DNA of 61,019 nt, filler included, from Stramenopiles sp. TOSAG23-3 (lineage: Eukaryota): the NCBI GenBank assembly GCA_900128585.1. It is 16 parts of 16 records of this genome, joined end to end, with 100 filler letters (N's around TTAATTAATTAA, not from the genome) between each part and the next. Parts side by side here need not be neighbours in the genome. Positions count along the whole stretch, not along the records: positions 7,667 to 11,397 come from LT644098.1; positions 11,498 to 15,224 come from LT644099.1; positions 15,325 to 19,049 come from LT644100.1; positions 19,150 to 22,872 come from LT644101.1; 12 more parts are not named here. The stretch is one strand, 5' to 3'. The notes under the pieces are model-generated. The model was not told the DNA's origin. It saw nothing but the letters and a program-made list of their open reading frames with translations, and did not search any database. The position numbers and the translations under genes were made by a program. Positions 10,961 to 21,221 of this stretch are shown here, in pieces. Numbering within the stretch: the first letter of the stretch is position 1; the number at the start of each line of letters is the position of its first letter.

Positions 10961-11200
10961 TCACTTTTTTGTTCCGAGCTTCACCTTCAAATTTGCTCTT
11001 GCTTCATCCAAAGCAGTCGACAATTTCGCCAACTCATCAGGTTTCATCATATCTTCAAATATTCGTAAGTCATCCTCAGCGAGTAAATCTTCTAAATCTA
11101 GAAAGCCGGACATCGTCAAAATTTCAAAATAGTGCTTCAATCCACTTGACGCCAAAAGGGTCAACAGCTCGTCCTTGCCATCTACGATGTAATCTCCGGC
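10961..11200 (-). CDS. SAM-domain-like C-terminal gene fragment
   Basis: LASSGLKHYFEILTMSGFLDLEDLL...MKP fits the SAM pattern; no credible start codon. Confidence 0.5.
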   Translation of the reverse strand, partial: AGDYIVDGKDELLTLLASSGLKHYFEILTMSGFLDLEDLLAEDDLRIFEDMMKPDELAKLSTALDEARANLKVKLGTKK

Positions 11201-11209
11201 ACACCCTCT

Positions 11210-11397
11210 TTGTGCCCAAGTAAACACTATCTGAACAGTGTATCGGAATCCCGCCTGCCACCCAATTCATGCACCCCGTGGGCGCAGTGCGGCAGCGGGA
11301 CCTATGTAAGCGCAGTGGGATCCCCCAGTTCTGACCGTACGTGTTCTCGGTGCGGGCCAAATGCCTTTTCAACGGGGTCCAACCAACCAACCTGTAC
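11210..11397 (+). CDS. Cys-rich TNFR-like repeat fragment
   Basis: CTPWAQCGSGTYVSAVGSPSSDRTCSRCGPNAFS; runs off the contig end. Confidence 0.55.
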
Positions 11398-11503
11398 NNN
11401 NNNNNNNNNNNNNNNNNNNNNNNNNNNNNNNNNNNNNNNNNTTAATTAATTAANNNNNNNNNNNNNNNNNNNNNNNNNNNNNNNNNNNNNNNNNNNNGCA
11501 GCA

Positions 11504-12556
11504 TTGAAGAAATTCGACTACCAGCTCACGCCACAACACTGCAAGCCCTCAAGGGGGTACACGAATGAAATTTACATATATAGCCCAGGCGGTGCGCCAA
11601 ATTCCATGTCGGGCGCTGAAAAGGGTGATGCGATACACGCTCGGCCGGGGCAGCACTTCACATGGCAGATGTCACATGACTACGCCAAGGAGAGGGGCGG
11701 CCGACTGCTATCGCTCGCTGAGGCCCGTGCACACCTCAACAATGTACCGTTATACCCTGGAGAAGACCAATGGTGCGCGGTGGGTGACAAGGGGAATCGC
11801 GATTGGGTCCAAGTAGGGTCGAAACACCACCATCCCGGCAAGAGCCACAACATTGACTGTGGGGGGTATCCACCATGGGGTGACGACGCGAATAACCGAA
11901 CGTATGGCAACCCGACCTGGAACCATGTGGTGCTGTACAAGGGGCCGGGAAGCGCTGACACAAAAAAAGCAGCGCGCGAGGTGTTTGATCAGTTCGATAC
12001 GAACTGTAATAACTGCCTGGACTACCACGAATTTGGTAAATTTTTAAAGAGCTGCGATGTTCCCGAATCCATGCAGGCGACTGAATTCGCTAAGGCAGAC
12101 CTGGACGGCGATCATAGCATATCGAGGGACGAATTTGTCGCGTACTACAAAAAGAGAGTCAAAGGCGAGCCGTCATCTTCAGGGTTCATTTCGTCGCCAG
12201 AGAAAGTCGAACTTGTCGTTGCGACAGCGGTTCCTTCTTCGGGCGATGAGAAAGGCGAAGTTGTCCTTGCGAAAGCGGTGTCACATACAGAGCTGAACCT
12301 GGACTTCGGCGGTAGCGCTGATTCCTTTGAAGGTGGGGTCCTTTTCACCATGGGGACTGGTTTTGGGGAAAGGGAGTACTGCAACCCGTTCAGCAGCGGA
12401 GCGGTCGACGTAACGTTCTCCCCGGATGCCGCAAATTACTATTCTACAACGACAGGTCACAAGCAGGGTGAAACGCGAATGGCTGGTGAACTAATATGCT
12501 CTCAAATCCATCCTGGCTTGGTATGTTATCTGCGACAACACGCAGGCAGCACATAA
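11504..12556 (+). CDS. EF-hand protein fragment (lectin-like N-part, paired EF-hands, truncated C-terminal domain)
   Basis: EF-hand loops FDTNCNNCLDYHEF and ADLDGDHSISRDEF; 5' end at the contig edge. Confidence 0.7.
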   Translation: MKKFDYQLTPQHCKPSRGYTNEIYIYSPGGAPNSMSGAEKGDAIHARPGQHFTWQMSHDYAKERGGRLLSLAEARAHLNNVPLYPGEDQWCAVGDKGNRDWVQVGSKHHHPGKSHNIDCGGYPPWGDDANNRTYGNPTWNHVVLYKGPGSADTKKAAREVFDQFDTNCNNCLDYHEFGKFLKSCDVPESMQATEFAKADLDGDHSISRDEFVAYYKKRVKGEPSSSGFISSPEKVELVVATAVPSSGDEKGEVVLAKAVSHTELNLDFGGSADSFEGGVLFTMGTGFGEREYCNPFSSGAVDVTFSPDAANYYSTTTGHKQGETRMAGELICSQIHPGLVCYLRQHAGST

Positions 12557-13212
12557 TTGCGCAAACCTGCAACCAGACATTCAACGCATTCCAGTTTTTT
12601 TTCAACAGAAACCATTCGAATCACGTAAGTACAGGGACGTTAGCTTTGGCCACATCTGCAGCTGTTTTGGGCGCGACTGGGGCTGTTGTTGTTATGGATA
12701 AGTGGGTGGAAAAACTGAAAGCCCGGGGCTCCGGGCGCTATGCGATGGCGCAACTGTTTCTGCCATTAGTATGCGCAGCCAGTGCGAAACCATTTCAAAT
12801 TGCACTAATGAGATCAGATGAGCTCGTGACTGGCGTAAAAGTGTACGACGAAACCCAAGAGACTTGCTTCGGAAGTTCAGCTCTTGCTGGTCTGACTGCG
12901 ATCGGGTTAACGATAACGACTCGTGTTACGTACTTGGTTCAGCCCATGCTTCTCCCACCATTGCTCATGCGAGGGATGCAGAAGTCTCGGGCACTCAGAA
13001 GGATCCCCATGTTGCTCCAGGCGATCAATTTTTCATTCATTTGCGCCTGTTCTGCAATCGCAACTCCTATGTGCATTGCCCTTTTCGAGCAACGCTCATC
13101 GTTGAGCATTTCGTCGCTGGAGCCGGAGTTGCGAGAAAAAGCGCGGTCCCACTACGAGGAGCGGGGGGTTAGCGAGGACCAGTATCGTGTGTACTTTAAC
13201 AAAGGCCTTTGA
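12496..13212 (+). CDS. SFXN: Sideroflexin, N-terminally truncated
   Basis: NQTFNA..NRN, LMRSDEL..GVKVYDE, ALFEQ..LEPEL and the terminal YFNKGL hallmark. Confidence 0.85.
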   Translation: MLSNPSWLGMLSATTRRQHIIAQTCNQTFNAFQFFFNRNHSNHVSTGTLALATSAAVLGATGAVVVMDKWVEKLKARGSGRYAMAQLFLPLVCAASAKPFQIALMRSDELVTGVKVYDETQETCFGSSALAGLTAIGLTITTRVTYLVQPMLLPPLLMRGMQKSRALRRIPMLLQAINFSFICACSAIATPMCIALFEQRSSLSISSLEPELREKARSHYEERGVSEDQYRVYFNKGL

Positions 13213-13349
13213 CAGCAGGCAAGTGGGGCGAATTTGATTTTCATTGACTCTGTGACTGGTGATTGCGATATTCCACCATTAATTAAATATATAATTATCA
13301 CTCCAAAACCAACAACAGAAACAACAAAAAGCAAGTTTTATTTTTTTCT

Positions 13350-14841
13350 TTATACCGCCCAGTTTTTTCCACCAGGAAAACTAAATCCCGACACCGATTC
13401 CGGTTTCATCCTCGCGTAGCCCGTCAACACGGGTGCCTTGTAAAATAGCCCGGCATCGGTTTTGTTGAAATCTACTTCGTCGTAAAAGTACTGGGAACAT
13501 TCTGTCGTGCTTTCACATATGCGATCAACCTCGTCTTTTGGGTTAAAACATACAAAATCAATCATGGCCAGATGCCGCACGTATTCACACAAACCAACGC
13601 CTCCCGCATGAGGACAGACTTTAATCTTTGCTTTTGCAGCCATAAGTAAGATGGACAAAACTTCGCTCGGGCCGGCCCTGAAGAAGAAAAGCACCACAGT
13701 TAGTAAATGCGGGCAGGAGAGACATGCTTAGAGATACACACTTACACACGACAACTGTCAATTTGGCAGTATTTTATTGCATTCGTCGAAAGAAGCTGTT
13801 TGAAAATGACCTTGGATTGGGCAACTTCCCCGGTCGCCACACCAATGTTGTAGTTTTTTAACGCTTCCGCGATGGCCAAATGCCCTAGCACATCGTCGCA
13901 GTTCGTCGGCTCTTCGATCCATAATGGCTTAAACTTTGCCAAAAGTTTCATTTTTTCTATGGCTTCTTTCACCCCCCATTTTTGGTTGGCATCCATCATC
14001 AAGTATCGCCCATCTTTATCATAGCCTATGACCGAACGGATGGCGTCTGCACGGGCGATGTCGTCCTCTACGTTTGCCGACCCGACTTTCATTTTGAAGT
14101 ATCGGTGCCCTTTTGCCAGCGAGTCATGGCAGAGCTGCTTTACCTTTTCTACTGGGTAACCCAACCACCCCGCGCTAGTGGTATAAGCCCGCATACCTTG
14201 CGATTTCATCAACGCCTTTCTCTCCTCCCAACCCGGGCGAACGTTTTTCAGCAGGGCCAGGGCCTCTTCCTTTGAAACATAATCTTGAATGTGCTTGAAG
14301 TCTATCAACTTCACCAACGCTTCTGGCTCCAAGTCGCACACGAGCTCCCAGAGTGGTTTATTTTCAATGCGCGCCCAAAGATCCCACACCGCATTCAAAA
14401 TTGCCCCAGCGGCCATGTGAATGACACCTTTTTCAGGGCCAAGCCAGCGTAACTGTCCCTCCTGGGTTCTGCCCATGATGAAAACGCGGTTAGAAATGCG
14501 TGCGTTAGGAATGTACGTGAGATTGTTTACCGAGGGTATACTTACAATTGGTAATAAAAACCACAATGCTGGTCTGCGTTCATCATGTCCTTTAAAATAT
14601 CCTCTTCAAAATCCTTGCCGACAACTACGTGCTTCAACGCTTCTACTGCAGCACAGATGATTTCATTTCCCCTCCCCAGAGAAAATGTGAACCCGTACGC
14701 TTCCGGAACGTTTGCATCATCAGTTCTTAGGACTAGATAAACACACGAATAATCTGGGTCCTTATGAACCGCGTCCGACCCAGCCAATGTCTTAGACGTT
14801 GGGAACCTAACGTCGTGGACGGTCATGTCCACAATCTTCAT
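13350..14841 (-). CDS. ENOSF1: L-fuconate dehydratase (ENOSF1, enolase superfamily); exons 14841-14546, 14468-13746, 13677-13350
   Basis: DVRFPTS..GSDA.H.DPDYS, QLRWLGPEKGVIH, KMKVG, DANQ, WIEEP, TGE, CPHAGGVGLCE. Removing two GT-AG introns restores FYYQLTQEGQLRW and SCRVAGPSE. Confidence 0.93.
13678..13745 (-). other. Spliceosomal intron, 68 nt
   Basis: GTAAGT donor, TACTAAC branch followed by 21 nt ending in CAG; restores the reading frame. Confidence 0.9.
14469..14545 (-). other. Spliceosomal intron, 77 nt
   Basis: GTAAGT donor, CTAAC branch followed by 20 nt ending in CAG; restores the reading frame. Confidence 0.9.
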
Positions 14842-15328
14842 TGTACTTCAAGCTGCTTAAAAAATGTGATATGAACAGGATTCCAAAGAAAACGTAGTCA
14901 TTTCCTGGAGTTGTACAGCATATATGTTGGCGTCAAAATCCATAAACTTGAACTTGAAAGAATCATCACCATCGCTTCCCCCCCACCCCCTACCACCATA
15001 AAATAAAAGACTTTTTTTTATATATATATTTTTTTTTTTTTTAGAAGAGGAGGAGGAGAGAAGAAGAGAATAATAATAATAAAAAATAGTGTAATAGTAT
15101 TAATAATATATTAGAGCGAGAGGAGGAGGAGCGAGAAGAATAAATAATAATAATAATTTAAAATAAAAAAATGTGATTATTATTTTAGTCTTCTCTATTG
15201 TCGATGTGAAGGCGGCGCGTTCTTNNNNNNNNNNNNNNNNNNNNNNNNNNNNNNNNNNNNNNNNNNNNTTAATTAATTAANNNNNNNNNNNNNNNNNNNN
15301 NNNNNNNNNNNNNNNNNNNNNNNNAAAA

Positions 15329-16981
15329 ATGTCGGTTAGTGGAATGCCTACGGTGACGGTCCCGGTGTTTCTACCACCGCCTCCACCACCACCCTTAAAC
15401 GCCCCGACGCGAAAAAACACAGGCGACATCCCCCCCCCCCAAGGGAACGTTCGCCCAAGCCTGTACGACGTAGCCTGTATGAATATTGGGTCGATGAAAG
15501 CTGCAGATATGGAAGAGGAACACATCGGCCTCTACTGTTGGGGAGAAAATTTAAAGAACCAACTCGGCCTTGCAAATTCGTGCTCGTCGAACGTTAGCAA
15601 ACCGGAGAAAGTAAAAGTCATGTCAAGCTCACAGCGTATGCCCTACATTGTTGCGTGCGGGGCAAGCCACACGTTTGTTCTGACTGTGAAATCAAAATTG
15701 TTTATGGCAGGGGCGGGGACGGAGGGTCAGCTTGGAGCAGGTCCAAAAATTAAAACAGTCCAACGCTTTGGGCCATTGCGTGAATTGAAGGACACGAGTG
15801 TTGCCCAAGTGAGTTGTGGGTTAGCGCACACGGTCATTCGAACGTCCGCCGGGCAGGTATTTTCGTGGGGAACTGGCGAATACGGCGCGCTTGGGTTAGG
15901 AGAATCCATAACCTCATCGAATGTGCCTGTTCTTGTTCCAAATGTTGGGACCGACCACCAGAGCATGATTGAACGGTTCACTTGTGGGCCGGACCACACC
16001 GTGTTTGTCACTGTCGCTGGTGTTGTCAAAGCGTGTGGTGCTGGCAAATTCGGTCAGTTGGGAACCGGCGTGGCGGTTGAGAAACAATTCACAGCGAAGC
16101 ATGCAACCCTATTTGGTGGCATTCAAATTATGGATGTCGGGTGTGGCAAAAATTTCACAGCATTCCTGTCGTCCACCGGGACCTTATTTATTTGCGGACA
16201 GGTGAATATGGAGGAACATGTCCCAGAGGAGGACCGGGCGGCAAAAACACATTTGCAAAAACCTTTTTTCGTGGAAACGGACGGCAACGTAATCGCAATA
16301 GCAACTGGCGACGAGCACGTCTTGGCTTTGGTGAAAGATTCATCTTCAATTGGAATGGCCAGACTGTACTCGTTCGGAAATGGAACAAACGGCAGGCTTG
16401 GTCACCACGATGAAGATGATCGTGACTGCCCAATGCTTGTGGAAGGCCTGGCTGATGTTCCTGGGAAACAGATTGCGTGCGGGTCGGCCTTCTCGTGCAT
16501 GCTCTCTGAAGGGGGGTCCATGTTCAGCTTTGGGCGTGGGCACTCGGGTGGGTTGGGCAACGGGGCGTTTTTGGATGTGAACGTCCCAATTTTAGTAGAG
16601 CCGCCGGAACCAGACACTCACTTTTCTTTCCTGGCGTGCGGGGCGAAACATACCATGGCAATTCTGGCGAAGGGAGCCCCAAAAGGCCGAGGGGTAAACT
16701 ATGCGAAGGTCGACCACTTCAAAGATGGAATACATGTAGACCACAACAATACCACCTCCGACAAACTGTCCGTTCTGGCTGATTCAGACAATGCGTATTA
16801 CAAAGATTTTGACGGAGCCGTATACGGTCCTTACATGGGGACCGTAGTCCAGTACTGGCTAGAAAAAAACTACATCTCCAAACGAATACTAGTTGCAGTT
16901 TGCGAGTCTCCGAAAGGCGGGAATGGCCTTGTCCCGGTTCCCAAAGATCCCGCGTTTCGCCCAATCTCCTCGTACTTTTGA
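15329..16981 (+). CDS. RCC1-repeat protein with N-terminal polyproline and C-terminal GYF-like domain
   Basis: Repeated VACGxxHT / FSWGxGxxGxLG units; YYKDFDGAVYGPY..VQYWLEKNYI is GYF-like. Confidence 0.85.
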   Translation: MSVSGMPTVTVPVFLPPPPPPPLNAPTRKNTGDIPPPQGNVRPSLYDVACMNIGSMKAADMEEEHIGLYCWGENLKNQLGLANSCSSNVSKPEKVKVMSSSQRMPYIVACGASHTFVLTVKSKLFMAGAGTEGQLGAGPKIKTVQRFGPLRELKDTSVAQVSCGLAHTVIRTSAGQVFSWGTGEYGALGLGESITSSNVPVLVPNVGTDHQSMIERFTCGPDHTVFVTVAGVVKACGAGKFGQLGTGVAVEKQFTAKHATLFGGIQIMDVGCGKNFTAFLSSTGTLFICGQVNMEEHVPEEDRAAKTHLQKPFFVETDGNVIAIATGDEHVLALVKDSSSIGMARLYSFGNGTNGRLGHHDEDDRDCPMLVEGLADVPGKQIACGSAFSCMLSEGGSMFSFGRGHSGGLGNGAFLDVNVPILVEPPEPDTHFSFLACGAKHTMAILAKGAPKGRGVNYAKVDHFKDGIHVDHNNTTSDKLSVLADSDNAYYKDFDGAVYGPYMGTVVQYWLEKNYISKRILVAVCESPKGGNGLVPVPKDPAFRPISSYF

Positions 16982-17173
16982 ACGCACGTTCGTGTACAAA
17001 AAATGGTGCGCGCGCTACCGCAGCGTGTAAAATCTCTATATCTGCAAAGATATCGTGAGTTCTTAATTCGTAAAATAATAGATTTGAAGTTATATTTTGT
17101 TTTAAGACTCTTGTAAGAGGTATTTCTGTTGTGTCGTAAAACGTAAAACTCTAACGCTTACTTCGTACATTTG

Positions 17174-18295
17174 TCATTTCTGTGGCCAAGCGTTGCGAGG
17201 CAACCGGGTGTAACTGTACTTTGGCTCTGAGTTCAGTATTTGCATACTCAGACTCGTAGGTACTCCTTCGTTCATGTTCGTCCGTGCTAGACCTGCTCCC
17301 CTCAACACTGCTCCAGGGTGCTGCAACTTTTGAGCCGGTAGAGATTGCATCTGTGGTGGGCGTTTTTTGCCTTTCTCCGTCATTTCTGTGACGTGCTCGA
17401 ACGGATCGAATGAATCTATGTCTACAGGGCTCCGGTTTTGGTTTTCCGATTGTCCCACCCCGGTCTTCATTCCGACCACTGGTTGGCCTTGGACACGACC
17501 CTGTCCATTGGGTGCGGCACGCACATCGTTCGTAAAAGCTCCTTGTTTCCCCCCTTTTAACGGTGGGAGCAGATTCTGCTTGTTCGAAATGAATTTGTTC
17601 CAGTCTGCTTCCATCTTCTGTTTGTCGATAGGGTTGTGCGCCAGTTTTGAATGAGTTCGACTTAATGCTGCGTCCACTGTTTCCCGCGGAGGGGGAGGGT
17701 TCAGCGGCGTTACGCTTGTATGGTAGGACGAATGGGCTCCCCCTTGTATATCCCTTGGCAACTTAAATTTTCCACCCACAACTTGCTTCAACACATCACC
17801 AGGCTTGTTTGAGTAACGAATACGACCCGACGTACGCAAAGACTGTAGTGCCCCAACGGCCTGTTTTGCAAAGTCTTTTATGTTTAGGGGACCCGAGGGT
17901 TTTACAGGCAAGGGTGGAGGTGGGGGGGACAAACTTTTCCCCGCCATCACATCTTTCAAAATATTGTCCTGGTCCGCGTTCTGTTTGTCATAAAGCTTTT
18001 TCTGATTGTCTGTCATAACACGGGTTTCCTCTGCCAGAGATTTTTTCAGAGCTGCTGACACCGTGACGCCGCGAAAAGACTTTGTCTTAAGCTTTGGCGG
18101 TCCCCGCCAAGGTTTACGGTGTGTCGTCAAGGTTATTTCATCTCGAACTTTGGTTTTACTATGAATTTTCGGGACACCAACCGAGGTAAACGATTTCAGC
18201 TGCGCCCAACCACTATAACAATGAACCAGCAACAAAAGCGTTACCGATGATAAAACCCGCAAAAATTTATTTACACCACCACGAATAATACCCAT
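17174..18295 (-). CDS. Hypothetical Pro/Lys-rich protein with N-terminal signal or anchor
   Basis: 373-aa ATG-initiated ORF with hydrophobic VLSSVTLLLLVHC near the start. Confidence 0.6.
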   Translation of the reverse strand: MGIIRGGVNKFLRVLSSVTLLLLVHCYSGWAQLKSFTSVGVPKIHSKTKVRDEITLTTHRKPWRGPPKLKTKSFRGVTVSAALKKSLAEETRVMTDNQKKLYDKQNADQDNILKDVMAGKSLSPPPPPLPVKPSGPLNIKDFAKQAVGALQSLRTSGRIRYSNKPGDVLKQVVGGKFKLPRDIQGGAHSSYHTSVTPLNPPPPRETVDAALSRTHSKLAHNPIDKQKMEADWNKFISNKQNLLPPLKGGKQGAFTNDVRAAPNGQGRVQGQPVVGMKTGVGQSENQNRSPVDIDSFDPFEHVTEMTEKGKKRPPQMQSLPAQKLQHPGAVLRGAGLARTNMNEGVPTSLSMQILNSEPKYSYTRLPRNAWPQK

Positions 18296-18778
18296 GATAC
18301 CGAAACGAGGTCCAAACGCCAGTCGCTCTTTAACATTACAAGTAATAGACCTCTAGTAAAAATGCACTGCCCGCGGAATATTCCAGATTAGTGCCTTAAT
18401 TAAAGTTTCTCTCCTGCCTTCTAGTTTTTGAACTGTTTGTTTGTTCGCATCAGAAGTACCACACTAGCAACGATTCTCTTTCATCATTGAATTACATATA
18501 GACGGCGAAATGTATCAAATAATTTATTACTCCACTCTACTATTTTTTTAGACTATTATTTTTATATTTTTTTTTCTAGTCTATATTAATAATATCTTGT
18601 TCTATTATTAGACTAATTATTACGTCGACGTCGTTATTTTATACGTAAGACAAGAACGAGAACACAGCATGAATATACTACCAAAAAAATGTATGGATGT
18701 ATTACAGACGACTATTTGTAGAATGGACTCATCCACATTATGTGTAAATAGAATATGTTATCAATGTGATATTATAAC

Positions 18779-19049
18779 TCAGACATTCGCCAATGGCTCC
18801 ACTTGCCTTAGTGGATTTTCCATGTACATGGGGTTCTCTTTTACTTTCTCGATCGTGACAAAAGCATTTAGGACTTTGCGCACCTCGTCCATAGCCATTC
18901 GGTCTTCAATCTTTTGAGCCCAACAATGACGTACAAGATCAATGTACGAGTGCCCTGTCTCTTTATCGTACAGCCGAAACTTTTCGATGTCTTTCATTGT
19001 AATTGGCGGCCTGGCTGAATCATTGACCACTCGCCGGTTCACGTCGAGG
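18779..19049 (-). CDS. Protein kinase (TKL-like) C-terminal fragment
   Basis: ARPPI...YIDLVRHCWAQKIEDR resembles subdomain XI; truncated by the contig edge. Confidence 0.65.
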
Positions 19050-19343
19050 NNNNNNNNNNNNNNNNNNNNNNNNNNNNNNNNNNNNNNNNNNNNTTAATTA
19101 ATTAANNNNNNNNNNNNNNNNNNNNNNNNNNNNNNNNNNNNNNNNNNNNTACTACGGTACTGAAAAAGACTCATTAATAATTATAGCTAAGCTAATAATA
19201 AAATTGTTGACTAAAATATACAGACGTTGTGTAAAATGTTAAAATGCTGATTTTTTCATTCTCTTCGTCGTCTTCTTTTTATAATTTATTCGTCTTAAAT
19301 CAATTAACTGATAAATTTTTGGATCGTGCTTAGTTACAATGTT

Positions 19344-20429
19344 CTACTTTCTGTTCGAACGATTTATTGTTGGAGGATGCTTTTGAAACCCGACGTATTT
19401 TACAATGGTTTGAACAATGTCCATGGGCAAGTCAGTAGCATTTGCCAAGGCAACCGCAAACCCCAATTTCGACAACAACAAAAACGACAGCACGGTCTCC
19501 GTCCTCACCCTCCTTCGACCCTGCATCAGGTTCTGAATGCAGCTGTCCATGGTGGAGGCGTCGTTCGTTATGTCCAAACAGCGGCCAAGTGCCATCTGAA
19601 TTTGGTCTGGGTCTTGGGAGTGCGTATAAGGGGGGCGTTTTGGCAGATTTATTATACAGAGAAGGGCAGACTCGCTAATTTTCAGAACGTTGGCTCTTGC
19701 ACAGTGGATGCACAAGCTTTCTTGCACCTCGGCAACCAACCCAAGCATGCGCGACACTTCCAGGGAAAACGGCGATGCATTCGACAAACGCTCAGTTAGC
19801 ACATCGAACCCGCTGTAGAACGTAAACACGTCGACCATTACGTAAGGCCATGTCCTCGCAGCGGCCACGTGCTCTCCACTCTCAGCGGAACAGTGCCTTT
19901 CGTAGTTTATTTCCTTTTCCATGGAATACTGCGAGCTTATCTCATCGAACCCGGCGCAAGCGGTCAGGATAGGGGACTGCAGCGCTCTCACGCACATTTC
20001 TGCCTCCTCGATGGTGCTCTTGCACTTTCGTTCCTCTAAAGGCTGTGAACTCAACGACTTAAGCGCTGAAATTATTTTCTTCAAAAATATGATACAGAAT
20101 GTTTCCACAAACTGGGGCGGCAACCCGTAGTCCGTAGTGTACGTAGCAAACGCCGCCACTTCCACATTGTTCGCCACAAACGCTTTGTTACGCTGCACCA
20201 CCGACGATATAAATTCGCGCTTGTTCAGAAGAAACGCAAACCATTCTCCAGAATTGTTAAAAACGCAGTCTTCCAACGCAAACACTTTGTCCAATTCTCG
20301 CGCAAGTGCATGCCGTTCAACCGCACTCAAGCCCTCCCTTCTCGCCCCCCCCTTACGCTTGTGTTTGACGACTTTACCGGTGGGAACGGGCCGTTTCAAA
20401 AAGCAAATTTTTGGTGGTTTTTTCGACAT
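19344..20429 (-). CDS. Hypothetical protein with a C-terminal F-box-like motif
   Basis: 361-aa ATG ORF ending near LPMDIVQTIVKYV. Confidence 0.55.
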   Translation of the reverse strand: MSKKPPKICFLKRPVPTGKVVKHKRKGGARREGLSAVERHALARELDKVFALEDCVFNNSGEWFAFLLNKREFISSVVQRNKAFVANNVEVAAFATYTTDYGLPPQFVETFCIIFLKKIISALKSLSSQPLEERKCKSTIEEAEMCVRALQSPILTACAGFDEISSQYSMEKEINYERHCSAESGEHVAAARTWPYVMVDVFTFYSGFDVLTERLSNASPFSLEVSRMLGLVAEVQESLCIHCARANVLKISESALLCIINLPKRPPYTHSQDPDQIQMALGRCLDITNDASTMDSCIQNLMQGRRRVRTETVLSFLLLSKLGFAVALANATDLPMDIVQTIVKYVGFQKHPPTINRSNRK

Positions 20430-21221
20430 GGTAAACGGGATCCTTCTGTACCATTAGATTCTAATCGTTATGACAATAATATCTCCATTAATAATTTTTA
20501 TTGTCCACCATCCCGTCCTCTTTCTCTTCTTCTTCAGCTCTTATTTCTTTTACTTTTTGTTCTTGTAATCGTAATTATTAAGAAAATCGTTACTCAAAAA
20601 ACAGTTATCAAAAAAAGGCCTTCTTAATAATAAATAATAATTTCAAAAAAAAAAAAAGAGAAAAAAAAAGTGTTTTTTTTTTCAGAAATACATGTATTCA
20701 TCACACTGTATATTATTACGGTACCTGTACCGGTATAACAATAGCCTCGTACTCCAACAGCAACAACAACTACTACAACTTCAATTTCAGCAGGATACTA
20801 CTACACTGTATTTGTAATTATTACGTACATACGTACGACGAGTAGACTACGAACGTAGGCACGACGACGAGTACGAGGCGTAGAACATATTAATATTATA
20901 CCACAACACACCACAGGCAAAAAAGTGGAAGACAATTCTCATTTTTTACCAATAAATAATATTATTAAAAAATAGAAGACAGAAGAACGACTATCTATCT
21001 TCTATATAATATAGGAAATATTAATCTAAAGTTGATCGATACATTTTAAAAAACAAAATTGAATCATACGAGGAGACCATTGGGATAAAAAAGATAGAAA
21101 ATAATAGCAGAATAAGAGAAATACAAGTGCGAAATTACAGAGAAACATACGAAACAGCCCCCCACTCCCTCCCTCTCATAAGTTTGTCGTTAGCATTTGA
21201 TTGATAACGTCGCAAAAGATA

